DNA of 64,000 nt from Lachnospiraceae bacterium (GCA_030527645.1 JAUNAJ010000002.1:21145-85144); one strand, 5' to 3'. Counted from the stretch's first letter, positions 1-8,795 are shown. A program made the numbers and translations. Notes: generated by a model from the letters alone, not told the origin.

Positions 1-964
1 CCGTCTTTCCTTTCCTGCCTGCTCCGGATTCTTTTCTTCTGAATAAAAGTCGGAACAGACGGCTGATCAGGAACAGTACCAGCACGATCAGTCCTAACAC
101 CACCAGGATCGTCAGAATATTACCAAAGAAGAAAATCAGGAAATCCTGAATCCCCTCTGCAAGATCGCTGACGCTGTTCACAAAGGTATATTTCAGACGG
201 GTAAAAAATCCCTCTTTTTCCTGCACGGTCGGGGTTCGTACCTCACGAAGATCAATTGTTACAGTACTGTAGCTGATCTGATTCTCAAGAAGCTTCATCT
301 GTGATTCATAGGACTCCAGCTGATAGCGAATGTTCGTCAGTTCATTCTGAATGGTTATGATCGTATCAATACTGTCTGCCTGAGCAAGCATCTCCATCAA
401 TGTTTCCTGCTCAATCCTGAGAGAAGAAATGTGAGCAGCCAGATCCGAATAGCTCAGAGTCACATCCTGTACACTTGTACTGCTGGATAAAACAGTCGCA
501 CTGTCTCCTACCGCATCTACAAACGAATCCAGCTGCCCGGAAGGAATCCGCACCGTCAGGTAGGAATAGCGATTGCTCCTTTCTGCCGTTCCGTTCACAG
601 AACTGTATTCAATATATCCGCCGGTTTCCTCTGCCTTATCTTCAATCACCGCGAGAACCTCATCAAATCCGGTTGTCTCCAGCGACAATTCCATATTTCG
701 AATCAGCTTTCTCTCCGAGGTTTCACCTTCGGCTTCCACCGCCTGCTGTTCCGCATCAGTCATAGAAGCATCCACTGTGGAATCATAGTCTTCCAGCGAT
801 TCCTCGGATACTTCACCGACCCTCCAGCCTTCAGAAGTAACCCCGCTGTCCTCTGCAGCGTAATTGTAGGATGCGTCATATCCCGAGGATGATGTACTTC
901 CGCATCCGGCAGCACATAACGCAGCCGTAAGCAATGCAATCGAGATCCATTTACATTTCTTCAT
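1..964 (-). CDS. DUF4349-like lipoprotein (3' end runs off the window)
   Basis: Absent from the ORF track because the frame stays open to the window edge. ATG at 962-964 is preceded by GGAGG. The N-terminus MKKCKWISIALLTAALCAAGCGS has a lipobox. An acidic region and coiled-coil-like middle are followed by a C-terminal hydrophobic helix (FLIFFFGNILTILVVLGLIVLVLFLI), as in DUF4349 proteins. Confidence 0.6.
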   Translation of the reverse strand, partial: MKKCKWISIALLTAALCAAGCGSTSSSGYDASYNYAAEDSGVTSEGWRVGEVSEESLEDYDSTVDASMTDAEQQAVEAEGETSERKLIRNMELSLETTGFDEVLAVIEDKAEETGGYIEYSSVNGTAERSNRYSYLTVRIPSGQLDSFVDAVGDSATVLSSSTSVQDVTLSYSDLAAHISSLRIEQETLMEMLAQADSIDTIITIQNELTNIRYQLESYESQMKLLENQISYSTVTIDLREVRTPTVQEKEGFFTRLKYTFVNSVSDLAEGIQDFLIFFFGNILTILVVLGLIVLVLFLISRLFRLLFRRKESGAGRKGKT

Positions 965-1009
965 ACGTATACACCTCCATTTCAAAAACCTGCCGTTGTA
1001 TCTGTTCTC

Positions 1010-2392
1010 TTATTCCAGCACTTCCAGCGCGATCTGGTAAAATACCGGATCCTCCAATGCCTGATCCGGATCCTGATACGAAGCCAGATGTCCGAATATG
1101 TTCTGGGAGGACAGTCGTAATCCATCAAGATGATGCTGATTTGCGATCATAAAGCAGCGGCAGTCCGGGAGAAGCGCAGCATTATTCACCAGCTTCTTCA
1201 TCTTCTTTACAGAGACTGCATTCGGTTCAGTCACAAGTACCAGACAATCTGACAGATGCATAAGACTGCAGGCAGCTGTATTCAGTGAAGATCCAAGATC
1301 CAGGACCACGTAATCAAAATCCTGTTTTTCCTTGATGGTTTTTACCATAAGCTCCAGTTCCGGTGCTTCGATTCCCATTGCAGAGAGAGGTTTTTCAAAG
1401 GGAAGCAGATAGCGGACATCTCCCTCATACTCTACATTCTGAAGGATATTCCAGTAAATATCTGCCCCAGACTGTCTCAGAACCTCGGCAAGAACCGGCT
1501 CTGCGCTCTCCTCAGATTCCAGAAAACCTGAGATACTCTGCATCTCATCACATCCAATGATCAGAACACTCTGGTCCAGCTTCCTCAGTTTTCTCGCCAG
1601 TCCCAACGCAATCAGACTTTTCCCGCATCCGCCGATAGGCGAATATACAGAAATAACTTTCAATGGCTTTTTATTCAGCGGTACCTGCACTTCCTTCTCG
1701 GTCTGATCTGCAGCGAGAAGTTTCTCCATGGTATCAATAATTTCTCTGGTCGTACTGAATTTTGACAGTACGATGCAGTTTTCATTGTATTCCACCGCTT
1801 CTGTCAGATCAGCCGACGGCTCTCCCTCTGCAGAAACCGCCTCTGAATGAGCCGCTGCCGCTTCTTCCGTCTCAAGCCGCTCTTCCGTCTCTGCCTGAAC
1901 AGATTCTTCAGCAGACTCTTCCAATCCTGCAATTATCTCCTCTCTGGCTTCTGAATCTGCTGCAGCATCCAGCTGTGCTATAATGCTTTCCTCCAGATAA
2001 AAGCCGGAAGGTGTCTCCTCCTCAGGAATCGCAGCAACCGGTTTATCACCTGAAGCATGATCCTCTGCCATCAGCTCATCCAGATTTACTGTTACCTCAA
2101 AGTCCTCCGGCAGATCCACCGGTTTCTCAATCTCCATCAGCGATTCTTCTTCCCGCCTCAGAACAATCGTGTGAGCGATGCTGTGCTTCTTGAGATATTC
2201 CCCGTAATATTCCTGAGCCGTAACCAGAAGATCAATATTTCTCATGCTGCTGAAATACTGCTCTCTGTATGCAGATTCTGTGATGAACTGAATGTCTGCT
2301 CTGTCTGCAAACTGCAGAATCACCTGTTTTTCCAGTGTTTTCAGATATCCGTAATCCGGATCCATCATCACAAGCTTGATTTGCTGTCTCAT
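1010..2392 (-). CDS. ParA/MinD-superfamily P-loop ATPase with receiver-like N-terminal domain and long acidic linker (TadZ/CpaE-like architecture)
   Basis: 460-aa ORF. P-loop VYSPIGGCGKSLIALGLA is followed by LIIGCD and VVLDLGSS motifs typical of ParA/MinD folds. The first ~85 aa resemble a degenerate response-regulator receiver. An E/A-rich linker of ~130 aa follows. The ATG lies 12 nt after the stop of the upstream FHA gene. Confidence 0.65.
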   Translation of the reverse strand: MRQQIKLVMMDPDYGYLKTLEKQVILQFADRADIQFITESAYREQYFSSMRNIDLLVTAQEYYGEYLKKHSIAHTIVLRREEESLMEIEKPVDLPEDFEVTVNLDELMAEDHASGDKPVAAIPEEETPSGFYLEESIIAQLDAAADSEAREEIIAGLEESAEESVQAETEERLETEEAAAAHSEAVSAEGEPSADLTEAVEYNENCIVLSKFSTTREIIDTMEKLLAADQTEKEVQVPLNKKPLKVISVYSPIGGCGKSLIALGLARKLRKLDQSVLIIGCDEMQSISGFLESEESAEPVLAEVLRQSGADIYWNILQNVEYEGDVRYLLPFEKPLSAMGIEAPELELMVKTIKEKQDFDYVVLDLGSSLNTAACSLMHLSDCLVLVTEPNAVSVKKMKKLVNNAALLPDCRCFMIANQHHLDGLRLSSQNIFGHLASYQDPDQALEDPVFYQIALEVLE

Positions 2393-2404
2393 ATCCTATC
2401 CCCG

Positions 2405-3223
2405 TCACTCCACATTAAATGTATAATCTGCAAATCGCAGAATACTTCCGAATCCTATCTTTACCTTTGTCATTGGATCGATTCTCTGATCATTTACGTA
2501 GGTTCCACTGACAGAATCCATATCCATGACATAAAATCCTTCTTCATCCCAGCTGAGCTCTGCATGTACGGCACTTACTCTGTCCTCATCATCAATAAAC
2601 CCATCTACCTGACTTCTGTCACTGCCGATGACGAACTTCTCCTGCCCTACCTGGAATACGATTTCTCCGGGAGTATTGATTCCTTTCAAATAGATCAGAT
2701 TGCTGGTCTCAGCATAAGGATCATCCAAAATTGTAAAAATATTCGTCCAGACACCCGGATTGTTTATCTTCTCATATTCGATCCTTCTCCAGATATCGGC
2801 ACCTTCCGGAACCGCGGAGCAGAAATCTTCAAGAATTGCATAGATCCTCTTACTGTATACCGGATGCATCATTGATTCATCCGGAAGCACGACCGGAACA
2901 TAAATACAATGCAGTTGATGTTCCCGGTCTGTATACATGCTTTCCAGATCCAATGTCAGGTTCTCAGCAGTCAGCTCCGGACAGTTTTCTATGCGAACAA
3001 CCAGCTTCAGCAGACTGCTTCCCACAGAGCAGATCTGTTCCGGTGTCATGGAAGGCAGAAGCTCTGTCAGTGCAGTATACTCCTCTTCAAAATACGTAAG
3101 CTTAATTTTCTCATTAAATCGGATCCACCTGCATGGAAGCAGATCTTTAAAATTATCAGTCCGCAGCTGTACGAGAGCCTCTTTATCCAAAAGGTTTTCC
3201 GAATTGATCAAAAATTCTTTCAT
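2405..3223 (-). CDS. FHA domain-containing protein (uncharacterised N-terminal domain + C-terminal FHA)
   Basis: 272-aa ORF. The C-terminal ~95 aa (FVIGSDRSQVDGFIDD...VSAVHAELSWDEEGFYVMDMDSVSGTYVNDQRI...GSILRFADYTF) match the FHA pattern G-R/S...S..HA...N.GT.VN. GAGG RBS before the ATG. Confidence 0.75.
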   Translation of the reverse strand: MKEFLINSENLLDKEALVQLRTDNFKDLLPCRWIRFNEKIKLTYFEEEYTALTELLPSMTPEQICSVGSSLLKLVVRIENCPELTAENLTLDLESMYTDREHQLHCIYVPVVLPDESMMHPVYSKRIYAILEDFCSAVPEGADIWRRIEYEKINNPGVWTNIFTILDDPYAETSNLIYLKGINTPGEIVFQVGQEKFVIGSDRSQVDGFIDDEDRVSAVHAELSWDEEGFYVMDMDSVSGTYVNDQRIDPMTKVKIGFGSILRFADYTFNVE

Positions 3224-3263
3224 ATCGATACCTCAAAATGATAATGATTCATCTTATCAGATT

Positions 3264-3292
3264 ATTTTACTATCATTGTGAAAGTGTGTCAA
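3264..3292 (-). promoter_or_regulatory. sigma-A-type promoter for the FHA/ParA-like operon
   Basis: Minus strand reads TTGACA (3292-3287), a 17-nt spacer, then TAAAAT (3269-3264), about 40 nt upstream of the FHA gene ATG. Confidence 0.5.
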
Positions 3293-3384
3293 ATCAGCCG
3301 CTCCCTGCAAAAGGCTGTTACTGTGAACAGTAATGAAAACTTGCAGGCAGCCTGCTGCTGCAGTTATTGGTTGAACAACCTTAC

Positions 3385-4134
3385 TTACAGATATCCAAGA
3401 ATAGTTCTTAATTCCTGTACGGGCAGCTGTCCCGGTGCAGAAGCTGCTCCTACGGTTCCAAAGGTCAACGCGGACCCGGTCAGTCCTCCGCTGATCCTGG
3501 AAAGTACCCCCAGTTTACCCATAGACATGGTTACGACCGGCTTATCCGTTTTCTCCTTCATTTCCACTGTCACTTCCAGAAGTCGAAGGACATCCAGCTC
3601 ATTCTGCGGCATTACAGCCAGCTTCAGGATATCCGCTCCTGTATCTTCCAGCTCTGAGAAGATTCTTTCCAGCATTTCCTTATCCGGGGTCTTGTGAAAG
3701 AAATGATTCGATACGATTACCGGAGTTCCTGCATCATGAATTGCCCCTACCAGTGCTTTTCCGTCCAGATCCTCTCTTCTGCCTTCCACATCCACCATCG
3801 CAATTTCCTGCCGGGAAGCAGCCCATACATTCAGGTTGTGATATTCTTCTGCACTGATGTATTTCTCGCCGCCTTCCAGACTGCTTCTGAAGGTAAACAG
3901 GATCGGAATCTCCTGCAGAATTTCCGCAAGCACATCCAGCGTCTTCTCAGCCTTCTCATAATCAAAGATCTCCTCATACAGATCCACACGCCATTCCACC
4001 AGATCCGGCTTCACAGAAATGATCTCCCTTGCCTGCGAACAGATTTCTTCCCGGGTACTGCCAACGATCGGTACAATAATCTTGGGAGATCCTTCCCCAA
4101 TCGTTGTATTATTTAATTGAACAGATTTTTTCAT
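3385..4134 (-). CDS. aroD: 3-dehydroquinate dehydratase, type I
   Basis: 249 aa. PKIIVPIVG...LVEWRVDLY and the Schiff-base lysine motif VTMSMGKLGVLSRI are typical of type I DHQase. AGAGAGGA RBS. Confidence 0.85.
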   Translation of the reverse strand: MKKSVQLNNTTIGEGSPKIIVPIVGSTREEICSQAREIISVKPDLVEWRVDLYEEIFDYEKAEKTLDVLAEILQEIPILFTFRSSLEGGEKYISAEEYHNLNVWAASRQEIAMVDVEGRREDLDGKALVGAIHDAGTPVIVSNHFFHKTPDKEMLERIFSELEDTGADILKLAVMPQNELDVLRLLEVTVEMKEKTDKPVVTMSMGKLGVLSRISGGLTGSALTFGTVGAASAPGQLPVQELRTILGYL

Positions 4135-4368
4135 ACTTCGTTTTCCTCTCTTAGCATCCCCAGCGGAACTTTTCCAAACAGTTATCCCCCACCATTTGTA
4201 GAGACCGGAGCCTCTCCAATCGTGATGACACTATATGCTGCATAGAATTTCTGCCGTTCACAGGTACATCTTCTTTGTATTCATGGTATACTATTTCCGT
4301 ATGATTTGACAATAGCAACCGCTCAGAATCGTCTAAATATTCAAATCGAGCGTTACTGTTCACAAGGC

Positions 4369-4420
4369 AGCAGGAGATACGCATGCTGGCATGTAAGAGA
4401 CTGTATGCGTATCTCCTGCT
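4369..4420 (+). promoter_or_regulatory. 16-bp perfect hairpin in the aroE leader (possible attenuator or operator)
   Basis: AGCAGGAGATACGCAT (4369-4384) pairs perfectly with ATGCGTATCTCCTGCT (4405-4420), with a 20-nt loop. A moderately T-rich tail and the aroE RBS AAAAAGGAG follow. Confidence 0.3.
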
Positions 4421-4451
4421 GATCTATCTTTCTAAAAAGGAGTAATCACAT

Positions 4452-5333
4452 ATGAATTCATATTTCCCGATCACCGGACATACCGGTCTTACCGGCCTTC
4501 TGGGCAGTCCCGTTGCACATAGTCTTTCTCCAATGATGCATAACACATCCTTCCAGCACCTTGGCCTTGATTATGTATATCTTTGCTTTGATGTGGATGA
4601 AAACGGCCTGGAGGAAGCAGTGAAGGGCCTGAAGCGCTGCGGAATCCGCGGATTTAACCTGACCATGCCTGATAAGAACAGAATGGCGGAGCTGGCGGAT
4701 GAACTGTCGCCTGCCGCCTCCATCATCGGCGCCGTCAATACAGTAGTAAACAATAACGGCCGTTTGATCGGACATAATACTGACGGCATCGGTTTCATGC
4801 GATCCGTAGCAGATGCCGGTCTGGATCCAAGAGGTAAAACAGTGACTGTCATGGGAGCCGGCGGTGCTTCTACAGCTATCTGCGCACAGGCCGCTCTGGA
4901 CGGGGTGAGGGAGCTGCGGATTTTTGCAAGACCTTCCAGCAGATTCCACGATAGAACAGTCCGTCTGGTGGATACCATCAATCGAACCACCTCCTGCAGA
5001 GCAGCCCTTATGGATCAGGCAGATCAGACAGCACTGAAACATTCGCTGGAAGACAGCTATCTTCTGGTAAATGCCACCTCTGTCGGCATGGCACCGAATA
5101 CAGACGCTTCCATCATCAGGGATCCGTCCATGCTGCACGAGGGCCTTGCCGTCGGTGATGTAATATACAACCCGCGGGAAACCCTTCTTCTGAAACAGGC
5201 TGCACATGCAGGCTGCAAAACATTTAACGGAATGTATATGCTGCTGTATCAGGGGGCAGAAGCCTTCCGTCTGTGGACCGGACAGGATATGCCGGTAGAC
5301 CTTGTTAAGGAGCTGTATTTCCGCAAAAGCTAA
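4452..5333 (+). CDS. aroE: shikimate (or quinate/shikimate) dehydrogenase
   Basis: 293 aa. GLLGSPVAHSLSPMMHN substrate motif and GAGGAS Rossmann motif. Divergent from aroD. Confidence 0.85.
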   Translation: MNSYFPITGHTGLTGLLGSPVAHSLSPMMHNTSFQHLGLDYVYLCFDVDENGLEEAVKGLKRCGIRGFNLTMPDKNRMAELADELSPAASIIGAVNTVVNNNGRLIGHNTDGIGFMRSVADAGLDPRGKTVTVMGAGGASTAICAQAALDGVRELRIFARPSSRFHDRTVRLVDTINRTTSCRAALMDQADQTALKHSLEDSYLLVNATSVGMAPNTDASIIRDPSMLHEGLAVGDVIYNPRETLLLKQAAHAGCKTFNGMYMLLYQGAEAFRLWTGQDMPVDLVKELYFRKS

Positions 5334-5336
5334 CAG

Positions 5337-5376
5337 CAAAAAGGCAGGTTCCGATGGAACCTGCCTGATTTTTTTC
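5337..5376. terminator. bidirectional rho-independent terminator between convergent aroE and rplL
   Basis: GGCAGGTTCC (5343-5352) pairs with GGAACCTGCC (5356-5365). An A-run lies upstream and a T-run downstream. Confidence 0.8.
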
Positions 5377-5404
5377 ACTTAAGGAAAGCTGCTCTGAAAT
5401 AAAA

Positions 5405-5779
5405 TTATTTAAGAGTAACTTTTGCTCCCTCAGCCTCAAGTTTAGCCTTGATATCGTCAGCCTCGCCCTTAGAAGCTCCCTCTTTAACAAGCTTCGGTGC
5501 TCCGTCAACAACCTCTTTAGCCTCTTTCAGACCAAGACCTGTTACCTCACGAACAACCTTGATAACTTTAACTTTGTTTGGTCCAACCTCTGTCAGCTCA
5601 ACATCAAACTCAGTCTTCTCTTCCTCAGCTGCTGCCTCGCCGCCTGCTGCTGCAACTACAACACCTGCTGCTGCAGATACGCCGAACTCTTCCTCACAAG
5701 CTTTAACCAGCTCATTTAACTCTAATACAGATAACTCTTTGATTGCTTCGATAAACTCAGCAGTAGTAAGTTTTGCCAT
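5405..5779 (-). CDS. rplL: 50S ribosomal protein L7/L12
   Basis: [34 protein letters not shown]...KVTLK. The start is moved to the internal ATG at 5777-5779, which has a GGAGGA RBS. The track ORF carries an 18-aa spurious extension. Confidence 0.95.
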   Translation of the reverse strand: MAKLTTAEFIEAIKELSVLELNELVKACEEEFGVSAAAGVVVAAAGGEAAAEEEKTEFDVELTEVGPNKVKVIKVVREVTGLGLKEAKEVVDGAPKLVKEGASKGEADDIKAKLEAEGAKVTLK

Positions 5780-5845
5780 GGTAAAATCCTCCATAATAAT
5801 TTTTCTAAGATACGGCTGCTGAACACAGCCCACTATGCAGCCTGA

Positions 5846-6355
5846 TTATTCTGCAGCTGCCTCGCCATCTTTCTCGGCGATCTGCTTGATAACACGAGCG
5901 AAGTTTGCAATCGGTGACTGCATACTTCCGAGAAGTCTTCCAAGCAGAATCTCTCTGGACGGAATAGATGCAAGAGCCTGAACAGCTTTCTCATCATAGT
6001 ATCCACCCTCCACAACAGCAGCGATCAGCTCAAGCTGTGGGTTCTTCTTAGCAAACTCAGACAGTACTCTTGCAGGAGCAGTAGCATCATCTTTTGAAAC
6101 AGCGATAGCGTTTGTTCCCTCAAGATGTTTGCAAAGCTCTTCACAAGGAGTTCCCTGGAATGCCAGATTCATCATTCTGTTTTTGTAGACTTTGTAAGTA
6201 ATTCCAGCTTCTCTGAGTTTCTTACGGAGCTCAGTATCCTGTGCTACGTTCAGGCCGGAGTAGTTAACAAGTACAATACCTGCAGCTCCATCGACCAGAT
6301 TGGAAATCTCTTCAACAACCGGCTTCTTCAGTTCTACTTTTGCACGAATTGCCAT
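5846..6355 (-). CDS. rplJ: 50S ribosomal protein L10
   Basis: 169 aa. Typical L10 sequence (VVEEISNLVDGAAGIVLVNYSGLNVAQDTELRKKLREAG) immediately upstream of rplL. Confidence 0.95.
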   Translation of the reverse strand: MAIRAKVELKKPVVEEISNLVDGAAGIVLVNYSGLNVAQDTELRKKLREAGITYKVYKNRMMNLAFQGTPCEELCKHLEGTNAIAVSKDDATAPARVLSEFAKKNPQLELIAAVVEGGYYDEKAVQALASIPSREILLGRLLGSMQSPIANFARVIKQIAEKDGEAAAE

Positions 6356-6389
6356 GAATGGTGCACCTCCTTATAGAATATATGTACAC

Positions 6390-6505
6390 GCACAAAAAAC
6401 CTGCTGATCGCAAAGACTCAGCAGGACAAACTTCTAATTCGAAATCTTCCTCGGCAGGCGCTCTACGCTTACACCTTTCGGTACCTGCTGTCTTCGGCGT
6501 GATAC
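6390..6505 (-). ncRNA. ribosomal protein L10 leader (cis-regulatory attenuator)
   Basis: About 150 nt of untranslated leader lie between a promoter and the rplJ RBS. The leader ends in a terminator-type hairpin CCTGCTGAGTCTTTGCGATCAGCAGG plus TTTTTT on the minus strand (6394-6425). This layout matches the Firmicutes L10 leader known to bind L10(L12)4. Confidence 0.55.
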
Positions 6506-6511
6506 CCATGT

Positions 6512-6540
6512 AGGATATCACTGTTTTCTTCTCTTGTCAA
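6512..6540 (-). promoter_or_regulatory. promoter for rplJL
   Basis: Minus strand reads TTGACA (6540-6535), a 17-nt spacer, then TATCCT (6517-6512), directly after the rplA terminator. Confidence 0.4.
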
Positions 6541-6549
6541 GATTTATTC

Positions 6550-6585
6550 AAAAAAATCTCTCCGGCTGCCCGGAGAGACTTTTTA
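6550..6585 (-). terminator. rho-independent terminator after rplA
   Basis: TCTCTCCGG / CCGGAGAGA stem with a 4-nt loop, followed by a T-run on the minus strand (A-run 6550-6556 on plus). Confidence 0.75.
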
Positions 6586-6636
6586 TCCTCGAAGATCTTC
6601 GATTTGCAATTATTCAGAATAATTACTTCAATATTA

Positions 6637-7329
6637 TTATGCAAGCTTCATCGGGTTAACCTTTACACCAGGTCCCATGGTAGGAGCCAGTGTAACGCTC
6701 TTAAGGAACTGACCCTTAACAGCGGATGGTCTAGCCTTGTTGATTGCACTCATCAGCGTCTGGAAGTTGTCGCGCAGCTGCTCCTCACTGAAAGAAGCTT
6801 TACCGATCGGCACATGAATGATATTTGTTTTGTCAAGACGATACTCAACCTTACCAGCTTTGATATCAGCAATTGCTTTTGTAACATCCATAGTTACTGT
6901 TCCGGATTTCGGGTTTGGCATTAAGCCCTTCGGTCCAAGTACACGACCCAGACGTCCAACAACACCCATCATATCAGGAGTTGCAACTACTACATCAAAA
7001 TCAAGCCATCCGTCTTTCTGGATTCTCGGAACAAGCTCCTCAGCTCCTACATAATCTGCACCAGCTGCTGCAGCCTCATCAGCCTTAGCACCCTTAGCAA
7101 ATACAAGAACACGAACAGTTTTTCCTGTTCCGTGAGGAAGAACTACAGCACCACGGATCTGCTGATCTGCGTGACGTCCGTCACAGCCTGTACGGATGTG
7201 CGCTTCAATTGTCTCATCAAATTTGGCAACTGCTAAGCTTTTTACCAGAGTAACAGCCTCCTCCGGATCATAAAGGTTAGCACGATTTACTGCTTTCGCA
7301 GTCTCATTATATTTTTTACCGTGTTTCAT
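6637..7329 (-). CDS. rplA: 50S ribosomal protein L1
   Basis: 230 aa. [26 protein letters not shown]...[24 protein letters not shown] is canonical L1. Confidence 0.95.
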   Translation of the reverse strand: MKHGKKYNETAKAVNRANLYDPEEAVTLVKSLAVAKFDETIEAHIRTGCDGRHADQQIRGAVVLPHGTGKTVRVLVFAKGAKADEAAAAGADYVGAEELVPRIQKDGWLDFDVVVATPDMMGVVGRLGRVLGPKGLMPNPKSGTVTMDVTKAIADIKAGKVEYRLDKTNIIHVPIGKASFSEEQLRDNFQTLMSAINKARPSAVKGQFLKSVTLAPTMGPGVKVNPMKLA

Positions 7330-7347
7330 TGTCTTAATAACCTCCTA

Positions 7348-7375
7348 GTGGTAATTGCGGGATGCTCCCTCCCAC
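7348..7375 (-). promoter_or_regulatory. putative L1-binding mRNA hairpin, copy upstream of rplA
   Basis: The minus-strand RNA GUGGGAGGGAGCAUCCCGCAAUUACCAC sits just 5' of the rplA SD. It is near-identical to a second copy at 7854-7881. Confidence 0.45.
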
Positions 7376-7404
7376 GTTTCTTCATATCAGGGGACTCTGC
7401 AGAA

Positions 7405-7830
7405 TTACTCTTCTACTGTGATTCCCATACTTCTTGCAGTACCGGCGATCATGCTCATAGCAGCCTCAACGGATGCTGCATTCAGATCCGGCATCTTCAT
7501 CTCTGCGATCTCACGGATCTTATCTTTGGAGATAGTTGCAACCTTGTTCTTGTTCGGAACACCGGATCCGGATTTCAGGTTGCATGCTTTCTTCAGAAGA
7601 ACTGCTGCCGGCGGAGTTTTGGTTATGAAGCTGAAACTTCTGTCTGCATATACAGTAATTACAACAGGGATCAGAAGATCTCCCTTATCTGCAGTTCTGG
7701 CATTGAACTCTTTTGTAAACTGTACGATATTTACTCCGTGCTGTCCAAGGGCCGGTCCAACCGGGGGAGCCGGTGTAGCCTTGCCTGCAGGAATCTGTAA
7801 TTTAATATAACCTGTTACTTTCTTTGCCAT
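7405..7830 (-). CDS. rplK: 50S ribosomal protein L11
   Basis: [35 protein letters not shown]. The start is moved to the ATG at 7828-7830, which has a GGAGGTG RBS. The track ORF has a 17-aa extension. Confidence 0.95.
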   Translation of the reverse strand: MAKKVTGYIKLQIPAGKATPAPPVGPALGQHGVNIVQFTKEFNARTADKGDLLIPVVITVYADRSFSFITKTPPAAVLLKKACNLKSGSGVPNKNKVATISKDKIREIAEMKMPDLNAASVEAAMSMIAGTARSMGITVEE

Positions 7831-7853
7831 AATTAGGCACCTCCTAATAAAAT

Positions 7854-7881
7854 GTGGTAATTGCGGGGATTTCCCTCCCAC
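7854..7881 (-). promoter_or_regulatory. putative L1-binding mRNA hairpin, copy upstream of rplK
   Basis: The minus-strand RNA GUGGGAGGGAAAUCCCCGCAAUUACCAC lies between the nusG stop and the rplK SD. Confidence 0.45.
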
Positions 7882-7888
7882 AGACCGA

Positions 7889-8410
7889 TTACTCGGTCTT
7901 TCTTACTTCTGCGAAACTGATTTCGACCGGGGTCTCTCGACCAAACATATCCACGGTAAGTGTAAGCATCTGTTTCTGCTCATTTACAGCCTGGACAATT
8001 CCTGTCGTATCTTTCCAAGCACCGCCAATAACGACGACCTCATCACCGACCTCAAGATCCACAACCACTTTTTCTTCCAGACGGAAGCCAAGTGCCTCAA
8101 TCTCCTCAAAGGTCAGAGGAACAGGTTTGGATCCCGGACCGACGAAGCCTGTTACGCCTCTGGTGTTGCGTACTACAAACCAGGTTTCATCGTTCATGAT
8201 CATGTTCAGAAGAACGTAGCCCGGGAACAGTTTCCTGGATACGTTTTTTTTCACACCGTTTTTAATCTCAGAAACATCTTCCATCGGTACCTGAACCTGA
8301 AGAATCTGATCCTGCAGATGTCTGTTCTCGATCGTTTTCTCGATATTAGCTTTTACTTTGTTCTCATAACCTGAATAAGTATGAACTACATACCATCTTG
8401 CTTCTGACAT
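7889..8410 (-). CDS. nusG: transcription termination/antitermination factor NusG
   Basis: 173 aa. [21 protein letters not shown]-terminal NGN domain, C-terminal KOW ([18 protein letters not shown]). Conserved position between secE and rplK. Confidence 0.95.
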   Translation of the reverse strand: MSEARWYVVHTYSGYENKVKANIEKTIENRHLQDQILQVQVPMEDVSEIKNGVKKNVSRKLFPGYVLLNMIMNDETWFVVRNTRGVTGFVGPGSKPVPLTFEEIEALGFRLEEKVVVDLEVGDEVVVIGGAWKDTTGIVQAVNEQKQMLTLTVDMFGRETPVEISFAEVRKTE

Positions 8411-8425
8411 TGATTCACCTAATCC

Positions 8426-8626
8426 TTACTTGATAATAAACTGAACAAGCTGCAGACCCACACTGTCGATCAGCGTAATGAGAAGACAGAGGATCGCTGT
8501 AATAACAACAACAGCTACGCTCTGTTTTCCGAGTGTTTTTCTGTCAGTCCAGATGATTTTGTTGAACTCAGCCTTCAAGCCTTTAAACCAGCTTTTTTTC
8601 GCTTTAGATTTCTTTTCATCTGCCAT
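8426..8626 (-). CDS. secE: preprotein translocase subunit SecE
   Basis: 66 aa with a single C-terminal TM helix. WFKGLKAEFNKIIWTDRKTL motif. Conserved synteny. Confidence 0.9.
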   Translation of the reverse strand: MADEKKSKAKKSWFKGLKAEFNKIIWTDRKTLGKQSVAVVVITAILCLLITLIDSVGLQLVQFIIK

Positions 8627-8645
8627 AACGTCACCTCACACCAGA

Positions 8646-8795
8646 TTATTTTGTCTCTTTGTGCATAGTGTGTTTTTTACAGAATCTGCAGTACTTGCTG
8701 GTTTCCATTCTGTCGGGATGATTTTTTTTCTCTTTTGTCATGTTGTAATTGCGCTGTTTGCATTCAGTACATGCCAATGTGATTTTTACACGCAC
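8646..8795 (-). CDS. rpmG: 50S ribosomal protein L33
   Basis: Too short for the ORF track. GTG start at 8793-8795 follows GGAGGTGGAAG. The translation [49 protein letters not shown] has the two CxxC pairs and length (49 aa) of L33. Position upstream of secE is canonical. Confidence 0.9.
   Translation of the reverse strand: MRVKITLACTECKQRNYNMTKEKKNHPDRMETSKYCRFCKKHTMHKETK

Noticed and set aside
4151-4384. 77-aa ORF in the aroD/aroE divergent promoter region.
   Set aside because: It has no RBS and ends inside the 16-bp hairpin arm. It occupies the space needed for two divergent promoters, and its composition is not protein-like.
5780-5833. N-terminal extensions proposed by the ORF track for rplL, rplK (7831-7881), aconitase (52363-52458), the 818-aa protein (42539-42598), the 21973 lipoprotein, the 43790 lipoprotein, the DeoR gene and mtaD (63357-63536).
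   Set aside because: Except for mtaD, whose RBS is weak, internal ATGs with properly spaced GGAGG-type RBSs give proteins that start at the canonical family N-terminus or signal peptide. For rplL and rplK the extensions would also cover the RBS or leader elements.
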